Positions 31,531-41,106 of a DNA stretch of 64,000 nt are shown here, piece by piece. Every line of letters starts with the position of its first letter. The stretch's first letter is position 1. Origin of the DNA: Opitutales bacterium (GTDB taxonomy: Bacteria; Verrucomicrobiota; Verrucomicrobiia; Opitutales; PNEW01). The position numbers and the translations under genes are program-made. Under the pieces are notes generated by a model, which was not told the DNA's origin, ran no database searches, and saw only the letters and a program-made list of their open reading frames with translations. Location of the stretch: NCBI GenBank assembly GCA_965197745.1, contig CBDANS010000007.1, forward strand, positions 1,052,306-1,116,305, written 5' to 3'.

Positions 31531-32342
31531 TCCACGTCTATCTCACTCGATCGGCATGCTTGTTTCTCGTCCCCTGCCTGGCTTATCTGGGTACGCCCTC
31601 CCTCGCCCGTTCAGACGACGCCACTGCCGAGGAAGCTGGGCTGAAAATCGCGGTTGAAGCACGCGATCGTGCAAAGGGTTTTGGCAATTTTACGGCTCGC
31701 CAGACCATGGTGCTGCGCAACAGGCAGGGACAGGAGAGTCAGCGCGAACTGCGCGTAAAGGTTCTGGAGGTTGACGGTGACGCCGACATGAGCATGTTCG
31801 TGTTCGATCATCCGCGCGACATCAAGGGGACCGCACTTCTCATCCACGCCCACCGGAAAGGGGCGGACGACCAATGGCTCTATCTGCCCGCCCTGAAACG
31901 GGTCAAGCGCATCAGTTCCTCGAATCGTTCCGGTTCCTTCATGGGCAGCGAATTTGCCTATGAGGACATGAGCGCCCCGGAGGTGGAGAAGTTTACCTAC
32001 CGCTACCTGCGCGACGAGCCTTACGGCGAGTTGACATGCACGGTCTCCGAACGCGTCCCCGTCGATAATAAATCGGGCTACACTCGCCAACTCGTCTGGC
32101 GCGACAAGGACGAGCTTCGCGTCTTGAAAGTGTATTACTTCGACCGCAAGAATGAACACCTGAAGACTCTCACCATGAGCAACTACGCGCAGTATCTGGA
32201 TCGTTACTGGCAGGCGGGCACGATGACAATGGTCAATCATCTCACCGGTAAAAGCACCGTTATGACTTGGTCCGATTATCAGTTTCGTACCCAACTCGAT
32301 GCCTCCGACTTCTCCCAAACCGGCCTCAGACGCACGCGTTGA
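31527..32342 (+). CDS. Outer-membrane lipoprotein-sorting (LolA-like) protein partner of the RND exporter
   Basis: ATGA start/stop overlap with the exporter. Contains WLYLPALKRVKRISSSNRSGSFMGSEFAYEDM. The long upstream part of ORF 30963..32342 is a shadow. Confidence 0.75.
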   Translation: MIHVYLTRSACLFLVPCLAYLGTPSLARSDDATAEEAGLKIAVEARDRAKGFGNFTARQTMVLRNRQGQESQRELRVKVLEVDGDADMSMFVFDHPRDIKGTALLIHAHRKGADDQWLYLPALKRVKRISSSNRSGSFMGSEFAYEDMSAPEVEKFTYRYLRDEPYGELTCTVSERVPVDNKSGYTRQLVWRDKDELRVLKVYYFDRKNEHLKTLTMSNYAQYLDRYWQAGTMTMVNHLTGKSTVMTWSDYQFRTQLDASDFSQTGLRRTR

Positions 32343-32417
32343 TCCCTACCCCTCCTCATCACGCGCGCACCTTTTCTTGGCCGTCTGCGTTTCCGGCAAG
32401 ATAAAAATTAAGGGGAC

Positions 32418-32438
32418 AATATACAATGCTAGCCAAAA
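32418..32438. repeat. Left arm of a perfect 21-bp inverted repeat
   Basis: AATATACAATGCTAGCCAAAA is the exact reverse complement of 33770-33790. Confidence 0.95.
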
Positions 32439-32444
32439 GTAAGA

Positions 32445-32801
32445 TTAAAGAGATTTCTTCTCAAGAAGAGACAGAATCTGATCAAGTTTCTCGTCTATCG
32501 GTTTTAATCGATCAAAAATCTGATCTTGAGAAGCTGGCTTTAAATGCTTTGTTATCGATTGAAGAACTTGATATAGCTCTACAGCGTGAATCTGACAGGT
32601 TAAAGTCACAGGGGTATCCACCTGAGGATTGTAAAACGTTCTCCATGTTGCTTCGATCACTAGAGCGTAGGAACCATCTAGATCCGGATGGGGATGACAT
32701 GATATGTCAATTACGCGAAACGAATAGTCGTGTCTCCTTAATAACTCTCGCAACGAATCTGGTTGCATGGTATCGTCGTGGTTCTCCTTTGAATCGTTCA
32801 T
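32445..32801 (-). CDS. Hypothetical protein (118 aa)
   Basis: A C-terminal-like fragment (LYEVYQSLTKHFQP) recurs at 9770-9857 beside IS3 copy 2. This gene shares an upstream motif with 32920..33222. The fully overlapping + strand ORF is judged a shadow. Confidence 0.45.
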   Translation of the reverse strand: MNDSKENHDDTMQPDSLRELLRRHDYSFRVIDISCHPHPDLDGSYALVIEATWRTFYNPQVDTPVTLTCQIHAVELYQVLQSITKHLKPASQDQIFDRLKPIDEKLDQILSLLEKKSL

Positions 32802-32919
32802 AAGTTTTATATCTTTCGTTTGTTGTTAATCATTAAATAGTTAAAATATGATATTTATGTTTATACTCTTACAGGTAGTGTTTTATCTAGGGATCTCGGC
32901 TTTGTTTTTTATACATCCT

Positions 32920-33222
32920 CTAAGAAGCCCCCCTCCCTCTTCCAGCGAACCAGAAAGCAATTATACTGCTAGCTATCGGGAGAATTGTTGTGAACAGGTT
33001 CTTAGCATCATCGAGCTTATCGATATAAACAAGGAAACCAATAAAGAGGGGTCCTCCAAAAAAGAGAAACAAAGTTGCGGCCAAGCTAATAATGATACGA
33101 ACCCAACTTCTACGAATCTCCAATAATTCTAATCGTTGATTAACAGATAGCGGTTCTGTCTCACATAATCTTTCCCACCAACGCAATCTGATAGGTTTTT
33201 CTAGTAGTTCGTCGTTTCCCAT
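32920..33222 (-). CDS. Hypothetical two-TM membrane protein (100 aa)
   Basis: Hydrophobic segments IIISLAATLFLFFGGPLFIGFLVY and ILPIASSIIAFWF. Confidence 0.45.
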   Translation of the reverse strand: MGNDELLEKPIRLRWWERLCETEPLSVNQRLELLEIRRSWVRIIISLAATLFLFFGGPLFIGFLVYIDKLDDAKNLFTTILPIASSIIAFWFAGRGRGAS

Positions 33223-33765
33223 GTTTATACTTTCGTTTATTGTTGATTATTAAATAGTTAAATAAGAAAAAAATGAAATGTGTATTAAGTCAGCCTCGTA
33301 CAGGGGGAGCAGGCGGTGGAAATTATCTAACGATCAATGGATATTCACCAGCAGGCGGTGGAAATTATCTAAGAGAACTTAAACGTGATAACGGAAGCAC
33401 CCTTCGGAATGTTGAATTCTTTAATGTCTTGGATAATCCCAAGATCGCGAGCACGTTTAGGGAGCAAGATATCACTTTTACTGAATAATCTATTCGCTTG
33501 GTTCTTGGTGACTTTAGTCCTTTCGACCAGTATTGATTCTGCAAAGTTTTGGCCGGCGTTGAGCTGATTAACCATCTCGATAAGTTCATTCTGTCTATAG
33601 TTAAGGGGATGCTCGATAAGAGATTGACCTACAAAGGATTGGTATCTTAAAGGGGCTTATACCAAAAAAACCAAAACTTATTGAACCAGTAAAAGGAACT
33701 TTGAAACAAGTAGTTAAGTCTATCTTTATAAAAGACTTAAAGCCTAAGAGGGTTAAGAAAAAGAA

Positions 33766-34476
33766 TTAATTTTGGCTAGCATTGTATATTAGCCCCACTT
33801 TTGGTTCCGGTGAGCCCTCTTTCAGTTTTTCGGTAATAAACTCGATAACTTTATCGCGGGAACTTTTTTCTCTCAAAGAGACACGAGGGACGGCAAATAA
33901 ACGATTAGTTTTAACTGTCCAGTGCCAATACAGTGCCATATTCGAAAAGCAGCTCTCAAGAGCTGCTTGCGAATGGTCTTTGTGGGGTAGTGCAGGGGCT
34001 GTTTCTATCCCAGGGGGTATTTCATTTTCGTTGGGATATAATTCTGAAGGGACGATCTCATGGACATCCGTATAATCCGCCCATTTCGCCTTGAATGCAT
34101 TCTGGAATCCCCGGGGAGTATTGGGCCAGGTTGAATCAAGTTTTAATGGGGCACGATCTTTTCTCTTATCCTCTTCGTATGCTTCTAAAAACTCAACCTG
34201 GTCCTCTCCTATCCTCAGACCCAATCTTTGAGGCTGTCCTCTTTTGGGCCCAAGCCCACGTGGGATTATTACTGGTTCATGCATCCAGTTCCAGGCCACT
34301 CCCGCAAAATAATTATTTTCTTCTTTAACGGACAGGAATTTTTCCCTTCTTCCCTCTATGTCCTGAAAACTATTAAGCTCCTCTGACTTTTCTTTAAACG
34401 CTTTATTGCGTCGAAGCAATTCCCATACCTTTGCCGGTATGCCATGATTACAGGGATTGCAGTCTGATAAGTTCAT
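33766..34476 (-). CDS. DUF6499-like protein (WELLRRN motif), intact copy
   Basis: Start set at MNLSDCNP to match module 1. IPAKVWELLRRNKAF resembles the WEFLRRN signature of regulators found on integrative elements (from memory). Confidence 0.65.
   Translation of the reverse strand: MNLSDCNPCNHGIPAKVWELLRRNKAFKEKSEELNSFQDIEGRREKFLSVKEENNYFAGVAWNWMHEPVIIPRGLGPKRGQPQRLGLRIGEDQVEFLEAYEEDKRKDRAPLKLDSTWPNTPRGFQNAFKAKWADYTDVHEIVPSELYPNENEIPPGIETAPALPHKDHSQAALESCFSNMALYWHWTVKTNRLFAVPRVSLREKSSRDKVIEFITEKLKEGSPEPKVGLIYNASQN
33770..33790. repeat. Right arm of the perfect 21-bp inverted repeat
   Basis: It overlaps the last codons (IYNASQN*) of 33766..34476. Confidence 0.95.
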
Positions 34477-35177
34477 GCGCACTATTGCTTCTTCTAGTGG
34501 TATTAAATTTAACAAACGTTTGGACTCATCCTCCAATACTTAAAGTAGGCACTTTAGCCAGCGCTTCAATTGCTGGAGATGATTCCTGTTTATCTGCAAT
34601 AATGTTAGCCCATACAACTTAGCGATCGCAAGGTGCAATTTGAGATAACCCTGTATCGTTCTCCCCGCCATGTTAGAAATGCGACAGGAAACACGCTGGC
34701 TATTGTATCTCCCGTGACTCTCCCATTTCCTGCACCGACAGATCCTCTGGGGTGTTTCTATCCCTGTCCCTTAGCTGTCATGAGCGCTGTCCCGTGCGTG
34801 AGTTTTCCTGCCCCTGAAGCTTCGCCCTTCTGCCCGAACTTATGCACTGGCGCAACCTTATGGCTGAAATACCGCTCGCCCTTATCCAACACTACGAGGC
34901 ACTCGACAGGCTGTTTGCCATCGCGGGAACGTTTTGCTCTCTCTTTCACGACGAAAGACTATGACACAAAATCGGCACGGTGCAAACGCAATATTTTTCA
35001 AACTGACCCACTAACGGTAACCGTTAATCTGGCCACCCCCCTCGCTGCTGAGGCTGAAGATGTCACCCAAAGTAATCATGAAAAAAGGCACAGATAGCGG
35101 TTGAAGGTTTGGAATCGAGTTGTTTTACAGCTAAATTCGCTGCTTAAGGGTATCATGAACCCCGATGGCAATACCCA
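34477..35177. other. Conserved non-coding spacer of integrase module 2
   Basis: See 11942-12735. Confidence 0.6.
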
Positions 35178-36464
35178 TCAATCTAATGGGTTAAATGCGA
35201 CAACCGATTGCTCTGCATTTGCCGGGAGGATTGAGAAATATTTTCCCCCCTCTGATTTACGCGCAAGACTCCGGTAATGATCAAAGAGCACCTGGTCGCT
35301 TGATTTATGCCCGAGCATGGCTGCCGTTTTACTCGCATCGCTGGACAGGGCATAATAGTAACTGCCGAAACTGTGACGCATCGCATTGCTGTAGTTTTCT
35401 TTCCACTTGGGAAAGCCCGCTTCTCTGGTAAGTTCTGCAAAGCTTTTGAATAAATTGGTTGGTGCAATACGCCCTGTCTTTTTAAAGCATAACTGTAACC
35501 AAGCTACACAATTGTCCATAAGATCAACAACCCTTAATTGGCGCTTTTTAGCTATCTGCGGTCCAACCGTCAGTAACTTGCGCTCCAAGTCGATCGCAGA
35601 CCAGTCAAGCCTGGATATTTCAGTGCTCCTTAACCCTGCGAACAGTCCTAATGCCACCAATGGGAGCAGCCCTATATCTTCATCTGTCTTTGCCGCATGG
35701 AAGACTAAATCTTCCGCCTGATTGACTTTGAGAATGACAGGGGGCTTCCAGTCTATTTTTGGTATTGGAATTTTCTTCACAGGATTATCGACCCGAAATC
35801 CCTTGTTCACCGCATAGTTAAAAAAAGTGCTTAAGCATAAGCGGTAGTTTATAATGCTTCTCACAGAGAGAGAGGTAAAGTTATTGAGCCAGTCTTCTAT
35901 TTCCATTTGAGAAATCTCCTTGACCAGTCGGCTCCCAAAGTTTCTTGAGAAGATTCCCAGCCGGGAGCGGATATCATTTATAGAGCGCGAGCGAAGATTC
36001 TGACTTTCTTTTTCTTCAATCAATGTTGCCGTTAACTCCAACACTGAGATATCACCGGCCGGGGGATTCAAATGCAGCTTGGCAAACTCTGCTGCCTGCG
36101 ATAGAGTAATGTCGAAACCTTCCAGTATTTCGAGAGCATTGAATGCATCCTTGGATTGGTAACCGGTCATGTTATAATGATGCTGCCCGTGTTGGAGCAA
36201 TCGTTCGTGTTGCTCTTTTGCCCAGGCAAAAGCCACCTCTTTTTCCTTGAACTGTCTTCTCATTCGCTTGCCCGCGAACTTCGAGGGAATGAGTACCTGG
36301 TAGGAAAATCCGTAATCATCGCCAGCGGTTCGATTGATAACTTCCCTGATTGTGATAGCACTTTTCTTAGGGTGCTCCCAGCTATTAAGGGGACTCGACT
36401 TTTTACGTTTTCCTTTAATTGCCTCCATCAAGTAAGACAATGCCTCAATCAGGTTTACTTGCAA
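35178..36464 (-). CDS. Tyrosine recombinase/integrase (module 2)
   Basis: 428 aa, paralogue of 12736..14022. Confidence 0.9.
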   Translation of the reverse strand: MQVNLIEALSYLMEAIKGKRKKSSPLNSWEHPKKSAITIREVINRTAGDDYGFSYQVLIPSKFAGKRMRRQFKEKEVAFAWAKEQHERLLQHGQHHYNMTGYQSKDAFNALEILEGFDITLSQAAEFAKLHLNPPAGDISVLELTATLIEEKESQNLRSRSINDIRSRLGIFSRNFGSRLVKEISQMEIEDWLNNFTSLSVRSIINYRLCLSTFFNYAVNKGFRVDNPVKKIPIPKIDWKPPVILKVNQAEDLVFHAAKTDEDIGLLPLVALGLFAGLRSTEISRLDWSAIDLERKLLTVGPQIAKKRQLRVVDLMDNCVAWLQLCFKKTGRIAPTNLFKSFAELTREAGFPKWKENYSNAMRHSFGSYYYALSSDASKTAAMLGHKSSDQVLFDHYRSLARKSEGGKYFSILPANAEQSVVAFNPLD

Positions 36465-36519
36465 GCCTTATTGACAATAATAATACAGGAATATTATAAG
36501 TTATTGATATATTCTTTAA

Positions 36520-36543
36520 AAGACGGGGAGGAAGACCCGTCTT
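36520..36543 (-). terminator. Hairpin terminator candidate after hemY
   Basis: AAGACGGG-N8-CCCGTCTT. The homology between modules 1 and 2 stops just before it (about 36511). Confidence 0.5.
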
Positions 36544-36609
36544 CTTCTCGCGATCGCGGGACTACGCCGTGGCAAGCGAAGACGAAGCTTATTATAACAT
36601 TCAAAATCA

Positions 36610-37971
36610 CTATAGCTCCTCCATTATCTCTTCCGCTGTTTTGAGTCCGGCAAGCAAGCATTTCCCGACGGCGACACCGGTGTGGTAACTTCCCGTGATA
36701 TGAAGGGTGGGATTATTTTTTTCCACCTTATCAATAATTTCCAAAAACCGCCCATAACCTATGTTAAATTGAGGTATCGCATTAAGCCAATGAAACTGCT
36801 TGAGGTAAACCGGGTCGCCTTTTAATCCGAGCAGTTGGTCAAGTTCGTTTAAGACTAAAGACTGCTGTTTTTGTAAAGGCAATGTCGCTATTTCCGGCTG
36901 TCGAGTGCCGCCGATAAAAGTGGCTAAGGCGGCATGGCCTTCCGGAGTGTGAGAGGGAAAGACGGATGAGTTAAACAGTGTTCCCAGGATATTCATCTTT
37001 TCCTTTTCCGGAACGAGTAAACCAAAGCCATCTAAAGAATGCCTGATGTGCTCACGCTTAAATCCCAGGACAAGAATAGTTACGGGCGTATAAGGTATGG
37101 AAGCAAGCTGCTCGAGACTCGACGAGAGAGCATCCTCAAAGGGGAGAGAGGTCAGAGAGAATGCCGGTGTCGTAATAACGAGCGCGTCAAATTTAGTTTC
37201 TTCGCTCTTCCCGTTTCGTTTCCAGATAATATTCCAAGTGTCATTCCTGCTTATGGAAGTAATTTCAACATCGGTTTGAACAGGATCAGCCAATTTTAAA
37301 ACTATCGCTTGTGCCAGAGTGCTCATTCCCTTTTTAAAGGAGACAACACGTTTTTTAAATGGAGTATGGCCTTTCCTGCTTTTCAGGCGCGACTTTACGC
37401 CCCCTACAATCAATGAGCCGTACTCCTGTTCGAGATTATAGAAGAGGGGAAAGGCATAACGCGCAGAAAGTTTTTCGGGATCCCCAGCATACACGCCGGC
37501 GGCCAATGGGTTGATGGCATAGTCAAGTACCTCTTTTCCCAACCGGCGAAGCGCAAATGCGGCTAGACTTTCCTCACCATTTAATGGCCTTTTTTTAATG
37601 AAGGGCTCTTGCAGGAGCCGGAGTTTCGCGCGTGTTGAAAAAAGCGGTGTCGTGATCAGTGGAATAGGTGAAAGGGGCAGGGTAACCGGTTTCCCTTTTT
37701 TTACGACGAAGCGTTGTTTTATCCTGGGGTCGGGTTCAATAATTTCATTGTCCAGATTTAATTCATTAAGAAAGTTATCGAGGTCTTGATCCATTATCCG
37801 CATTGTATTGGGTCCAGACTCAGAAATAAATCCGTCCTCGATCGTTGTTTGAATAACGCCACCGACGTGATTTTTCTTTTCAAAGACAGTCACTTGAATC
37901 CCCAATTGATTCAAGCGATAGGCAGTTGCTAAACCGGTGATTCCGGATCCTATAATCGCTACCGATTTCAT
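36610..37971 (-). CDS. hemY: Protoporphyrinogen oxidase (FAD-dependent, HemY type)
   Basis: N-terminal IIGSGITGLATAY dinucleotide fold, 453 aa, in a cluster with hemE and hemF. Confidence 0.85.
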   Translation of the reverse strand: MKSVAIIGSGITGLATAYRLNQLGIQVTVFEKKNHVGGVIQTTIEDGFISESGPNTMRIMDQDLDNFLNELNLDNEIIEPDPRIKQRFVVKKGKPVTLPLSPIPLITTPLFSTRAKLRLLQEPFIKKRPLNGEESLAAFALRRLGKEVLDYAINPLAAGVYAGDPEKLSARYAFPLFYNLEQEYGSLIVGGVKSRLKSRKGHTPFKKRVVSFKKGMSTLAQAIVLKLADPVQTDVEITSISRNDTWNIIWKRNGKSEETKFDALVITTPAFSLTSLPFEDALSSSLEQLASIPYTPVTILVLGFKREHIRHSLDGFGLLVPEKEKMNILGTLFNSSVFPSHTPEGHAALATFIGGTRQPEIATLPLQKQQSLVLNELDQLLGLKGDPVYLKQFHWLNAIPQFNIGYGRFLEIIDKVEKNNPTLHITGSYHTGVAVGKCLLAGLKTAEEIMEEL

Positions 37972-38012
37972 CTCAACCAGGTGTTTATAATGGGATGGTT
38001 GTTCATGATCGC

Positions 38013-39035
38013 TTATGAGAATCGATGAACAGTTTCGACCAGGGCTTCCACATTTTCAATTTTAGCGTTGGGAAGAATGCCATGTCCCAGGTTAAAGATA
38101 TGGCCCTTTTTCCCTCGCATACCACTTAATATTTTTTCCGCTTCATCACGCACCGTTTCCGGTGTCGTGGAAAGGATGGCGGGGTCAAGGTTTCCCTGCA
38201 GGGCAATGGAAGATGAAAGTTTCAGACGTAATTCGTGTAATGGCACACTGCTGTCGACACTCAATACACGGGCACCGGCTCTGCAGAGACTTGAATGATG
38301 GTGGGCCATTCCCTTAGCAAATAGAATGATAGTCACATCATCGGGCAGGGCATCGATAATATCTTTAATCCAGCGTAAAGAGGCATCCCAGTAATCTTCG
38401 TCAGAACATAGACAGCCCCAACTGTCGAATATTTGCAGGGCATCGACACCCGCGTGAATTTTCATTTTGAAGTAATCGATCAGAGCAGAAGTCAGTTTTT
38501 CCATCAGGGCATTAAAAGCCGCACGATTATTCTGAAAGAGATCATTCACTTTAGGGAAAGATTTTGAGGCTCCACCTTCAGCCATGTATGCGGCCAGGGT
38601 CCATGGAGAACCGCCGAACCCGAGCAGCGCAGTTTCCGTGCCGAGTTCTTTTCTTAATAGGGCCAAAGCTTCTCCGACATAACTGAGCTTGTCTTCGATT
38701 CCAATACTATCGAGATCATCGATCTGCTCTTTCGACTCGAGCGCATAATCCATGGATATGCCTCTGTCATTAAACCGGTAACCCTGACCCAGCGCTTCAG
38801 GAATGACGAGAATATCACTGAAGAGAATCGCGGCGTCAAAGTCGAATCGTCGAAGCGGTTGTAATGAAATTTCTGCCGCAAGCTCCGGGGTTCGAACTAA
38901 ATCCAGAAAAGAATGGCTCTCCTTCAGTTTTCGATACTCGGGTAAATAACGCCCGGCCTGGCGCATGATCCAAATGGGAGTGCAGTCCACGGTTTGGGAA
39001 TGACATGCGGCAAGAAATCTTTCGCGACGGGTCAT
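38013..39035 (-). CDS. hemE: Uroporphyrinogen decarboxylase
   Basis: PIWIMRQAGRYLPEY signature. 340 aa. Confidence 0.95.
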   Translation of the reverse strand: MTRRERFLAACHSQTVDCTPIWIMRQAGRYLPEYRKLKESHSFLDLVRTPELAAEISLQPLRRFDFDAAILFSDILVIPEALGQGYRFNDRGISMDYALESKEQIDDLDSIGIEDKLSYVGEALALLRKELGTETALLGFGGSPWTLAAYMAEGGASKSFPKVNDLFQNNRAAFNALMEKLTSALIDYFKMKIHAGVDALQIFDSWGCLCSDEDYWDASLRWIKDIIDALPDDVTIILFAKGMAHHHSSLCRAGARVLSVDSSVPLHELRLKLSSSIALQGNLDPAILSTTPETVRDEAEKILSGMRGKKGHIFNLGHGILPNAKIENVEALVETVHRFS

Positions 39036-39059
39036 TGATAGCGATGGTAAATATAAGCT

Positions 39060-39971
39060 TTAACTTCCCAACCAGTCGCGGGGTTTAAGGAATTTTTCAT
39101 GCAGTTCCGCTTCTTTACTGCCCTTATCCGGTTGCCAATTATAATCCCAGCGGACAAGGGGAGGGAGGGACATTAAAATAGATTCCGTGCGCCCTCCCGA
39201 TTGTAATCCGAAAAGTGTACCTCGGTCATAAACGAGATTAAATTCAACATACCTGCCACGACGATAGAGTTGAAATCGACGTTCAGCTTCACCGTAAGGG
39301 TGGTCCTTTCGTCGAAGGACAATAGGATGGTATGCGGGCATAAAATGATCGCCCACACTTTTAATAAAAGCAAAGGAACGGTCGAAATCCAGTTCATTGA
39401 AGTCATCAAAAAAAAGACCTCCAACGCCCCGTGTCTCCTGACGATGTTCAAGGTAAAAGTAGCGATCGCAATTCTCTTTAAACTTCTGATAGTATTCGTT
39501 TCCGATGGGCTCACAGGCTTTGCGCGCCATGCGGTGCCATTCAATTGCATCTTCTTCAAAACCGTAATAAGGGGTGAGATCAAAACCGCCTCCGAACCAC
39601 CAGACCGGGGATGGGGTGTCATTTTTTATAATGACGAGGCGGATATTCATATGGGTGGTTGGGACAAAGGGATTTATGGGGTGGAAGACTAATGATACCC
39701 CCATCGCTCGAAATCCCATTCCTTTTAATTCCGATCGCGTTGCCGTTGCCGAAGGCGGGAGATGATCACCTTCCACGTCAGAAAAATTAATGCCCCCTTT
39801 TTCAATGACATCACCTTCTTCAAATATACGGGAGAGGCCACCGCCCACCTTGTAGTTCCACTTGTCCTCACGGAATCGCCCCCCGGGATCCAGGGTTTCT
39901 AAATCGGTGCAGAGGGAATGCTGCAGGTTTTTTAAATAGCTGCTTACCTCCTCGATATTGATCTTATCCAT
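39060..39971 (-). CDS. hemF: Oxygen-dependent coproporphyrinogen-III oxidase
   Basis: [13 protein letters not shown] and [22 protein letters not shown] motifs. Confidence 0.95.
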   Translation of the reverse strand: MDKINIEEVSSYLKNLQHSLCTDLETLDPGGRFREDKWNYKVGGGLSRIFEEGDVIEKGGINFSDVEGDHLPPSATATRSELKGMGFRAMGVSLVFHPINPFVPTTHMNIRLVIIKNDTPSPVWWFGGGFDLTPYYGFEEDAIEWHRMARKACEPIGNEYYQKFKENCDRYFYLEHRQETRGVGGLFFDDFNELDFDRSFAFIKSVGDHFMPAYHPIVLRRKDHPYGEAERRFQLYRRGRYVEFNLVYDRGTLFGLQSGGRTESILMSLPPLVRWDYNWQPDKGSKEAELHEKFLKPRDWLGS

Positions 39972-40077
39972 ACGTTATGAGGACTGTTGAAAAATGAAGG
40001 AAAAGTCTTTTAAATTTTTGTCCTTGTCGAGTGTAAAGAAGGTATAGTCATGTCACGATATATTTACTTGTCAAAAA

Positions 40078-41001
40078 ATGATTGAGAAAAAAGGGTTAAC
40101 ATTAACTATTTTCGGGTGCGGTTACATTGGCTCAGCCTTTGCACGTAGAGCAATCGAAGAGGGAATGTGCGTGGCCGCACTGACACGAAATCATGATACC
40201 GCAAATAAACTGCGTGACTTCGGAGTAAGTCCGGTTGTCGAAGCTGAACTGAATTCTTCAGACTGGTACCGAGAATTAAATCCTCAACAGGACTTTGTTC
40301 TCAATTGCGTCGGATCGGCAGGTGACGGCTTGAAGGGTTACATAAAATCATATTTTCAAGGCCAGGCCTCAATTCTTGCCTGGGCAAGCGGGGGAAGGAT
40401 AGGCACTTTTGTTTACACCAGCAGCACCTCAGTCTATCCACAATCTGACGGTAATTGGATCAGTGAATCGAATCCTCATAATGAAGTTTCTCCATACGGA
40501 AGGATTTTATTGGATGCAGAACAATTGCTCTTAAATAATCCCCGGGGTATCACCCGCTATTTCATTCTTCGCCTGGCCGGAATTTACGGTCCGGAACGCC
40601 ATCGTTTTCTAGATCAGCTTCGACAGGGTGAATCAATATTTGAGGGGTCAGGCAAGTATCATCTTAATCTTGCACACCGGGATGATATCTGTTCAGCCAT
40701 TCACGCCTGTCTCTTTGCTTCTTCCGAAATCAGTGACCAGATTTTTAACATTGCCGATGATAAACCCAGTCCGAAAAAAGAACTGGTCTACCATCTTGCA
40801 GATGAGTTGGGAACGGACCGACCCCTATTTCAATCAACCCATTCCAATCATAAGCTATCACAATCCAGGGGCAGAAGAAGTGGCACCGTGGATCGCAAGA
40901 TCAGTAATAAAAAAATAAAGTCAATGTTAGGATGGCATCCTGAATATTCTTCCTATAAAGAGGGCTATCAAAGTATTCTGGAAAAAATGCACGCGCCGTG
41001 A
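40078..41001 (+). CDS. NAD(P)-dependent SDR/epimerase-family protein
   Basis: N-terminal Rossmann motif IFGCGYIGSAF. 307 aa. Confidence 0.7.
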   Translation: MIEKKGLTLTIFGCGYIGSAFARRAIEEGMCVAALTRNHDTANKLRDFGVSPVVEAELNSSDWYRELNPQQDFVLNCVGSAGDGLKGYIKSYFQGQASILAWASGGRIGTFVYTSSTSVYPQSDGNWISESNPHNEVSPYGRILLDAEQLLLNNPRGITRYFILRLAGIYGPERHRFLDQLRQGESIFEGSGKYHLNLAHRDDICSAIHACLFASSEISDQIFNIADDKPSPKKELVYHLADELGTDRPLFQSTHSNHKLSQSRGRRSGTVDRKISNKKIKSMLGWHPEYSSYKEGYQSILEKMHAP

Positions 41002-41106
41002 TCATCTCTCTTAACCGGTTGTGGGTATCCCCTTGACTCATGAGCGCCACTTTATGATAGTCACTTTCTCACTGCTGAATTTATTCCCTCATAACATAGG
41101 ATAAAA

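Noticed and set aside
32426-32803. Plus-strand ORF 32426..32803 (and 32848..33126) overlapping the minus-strand genes
   Set aside because: They overlap the opposite-strand ORFs over nearly their whole length. The minus-strand products have a partial homologue elsewhere in the window, TM helices and a shared upstream motif, so the plus-strand ORFs are treated as shadows. Confidence is low either way.
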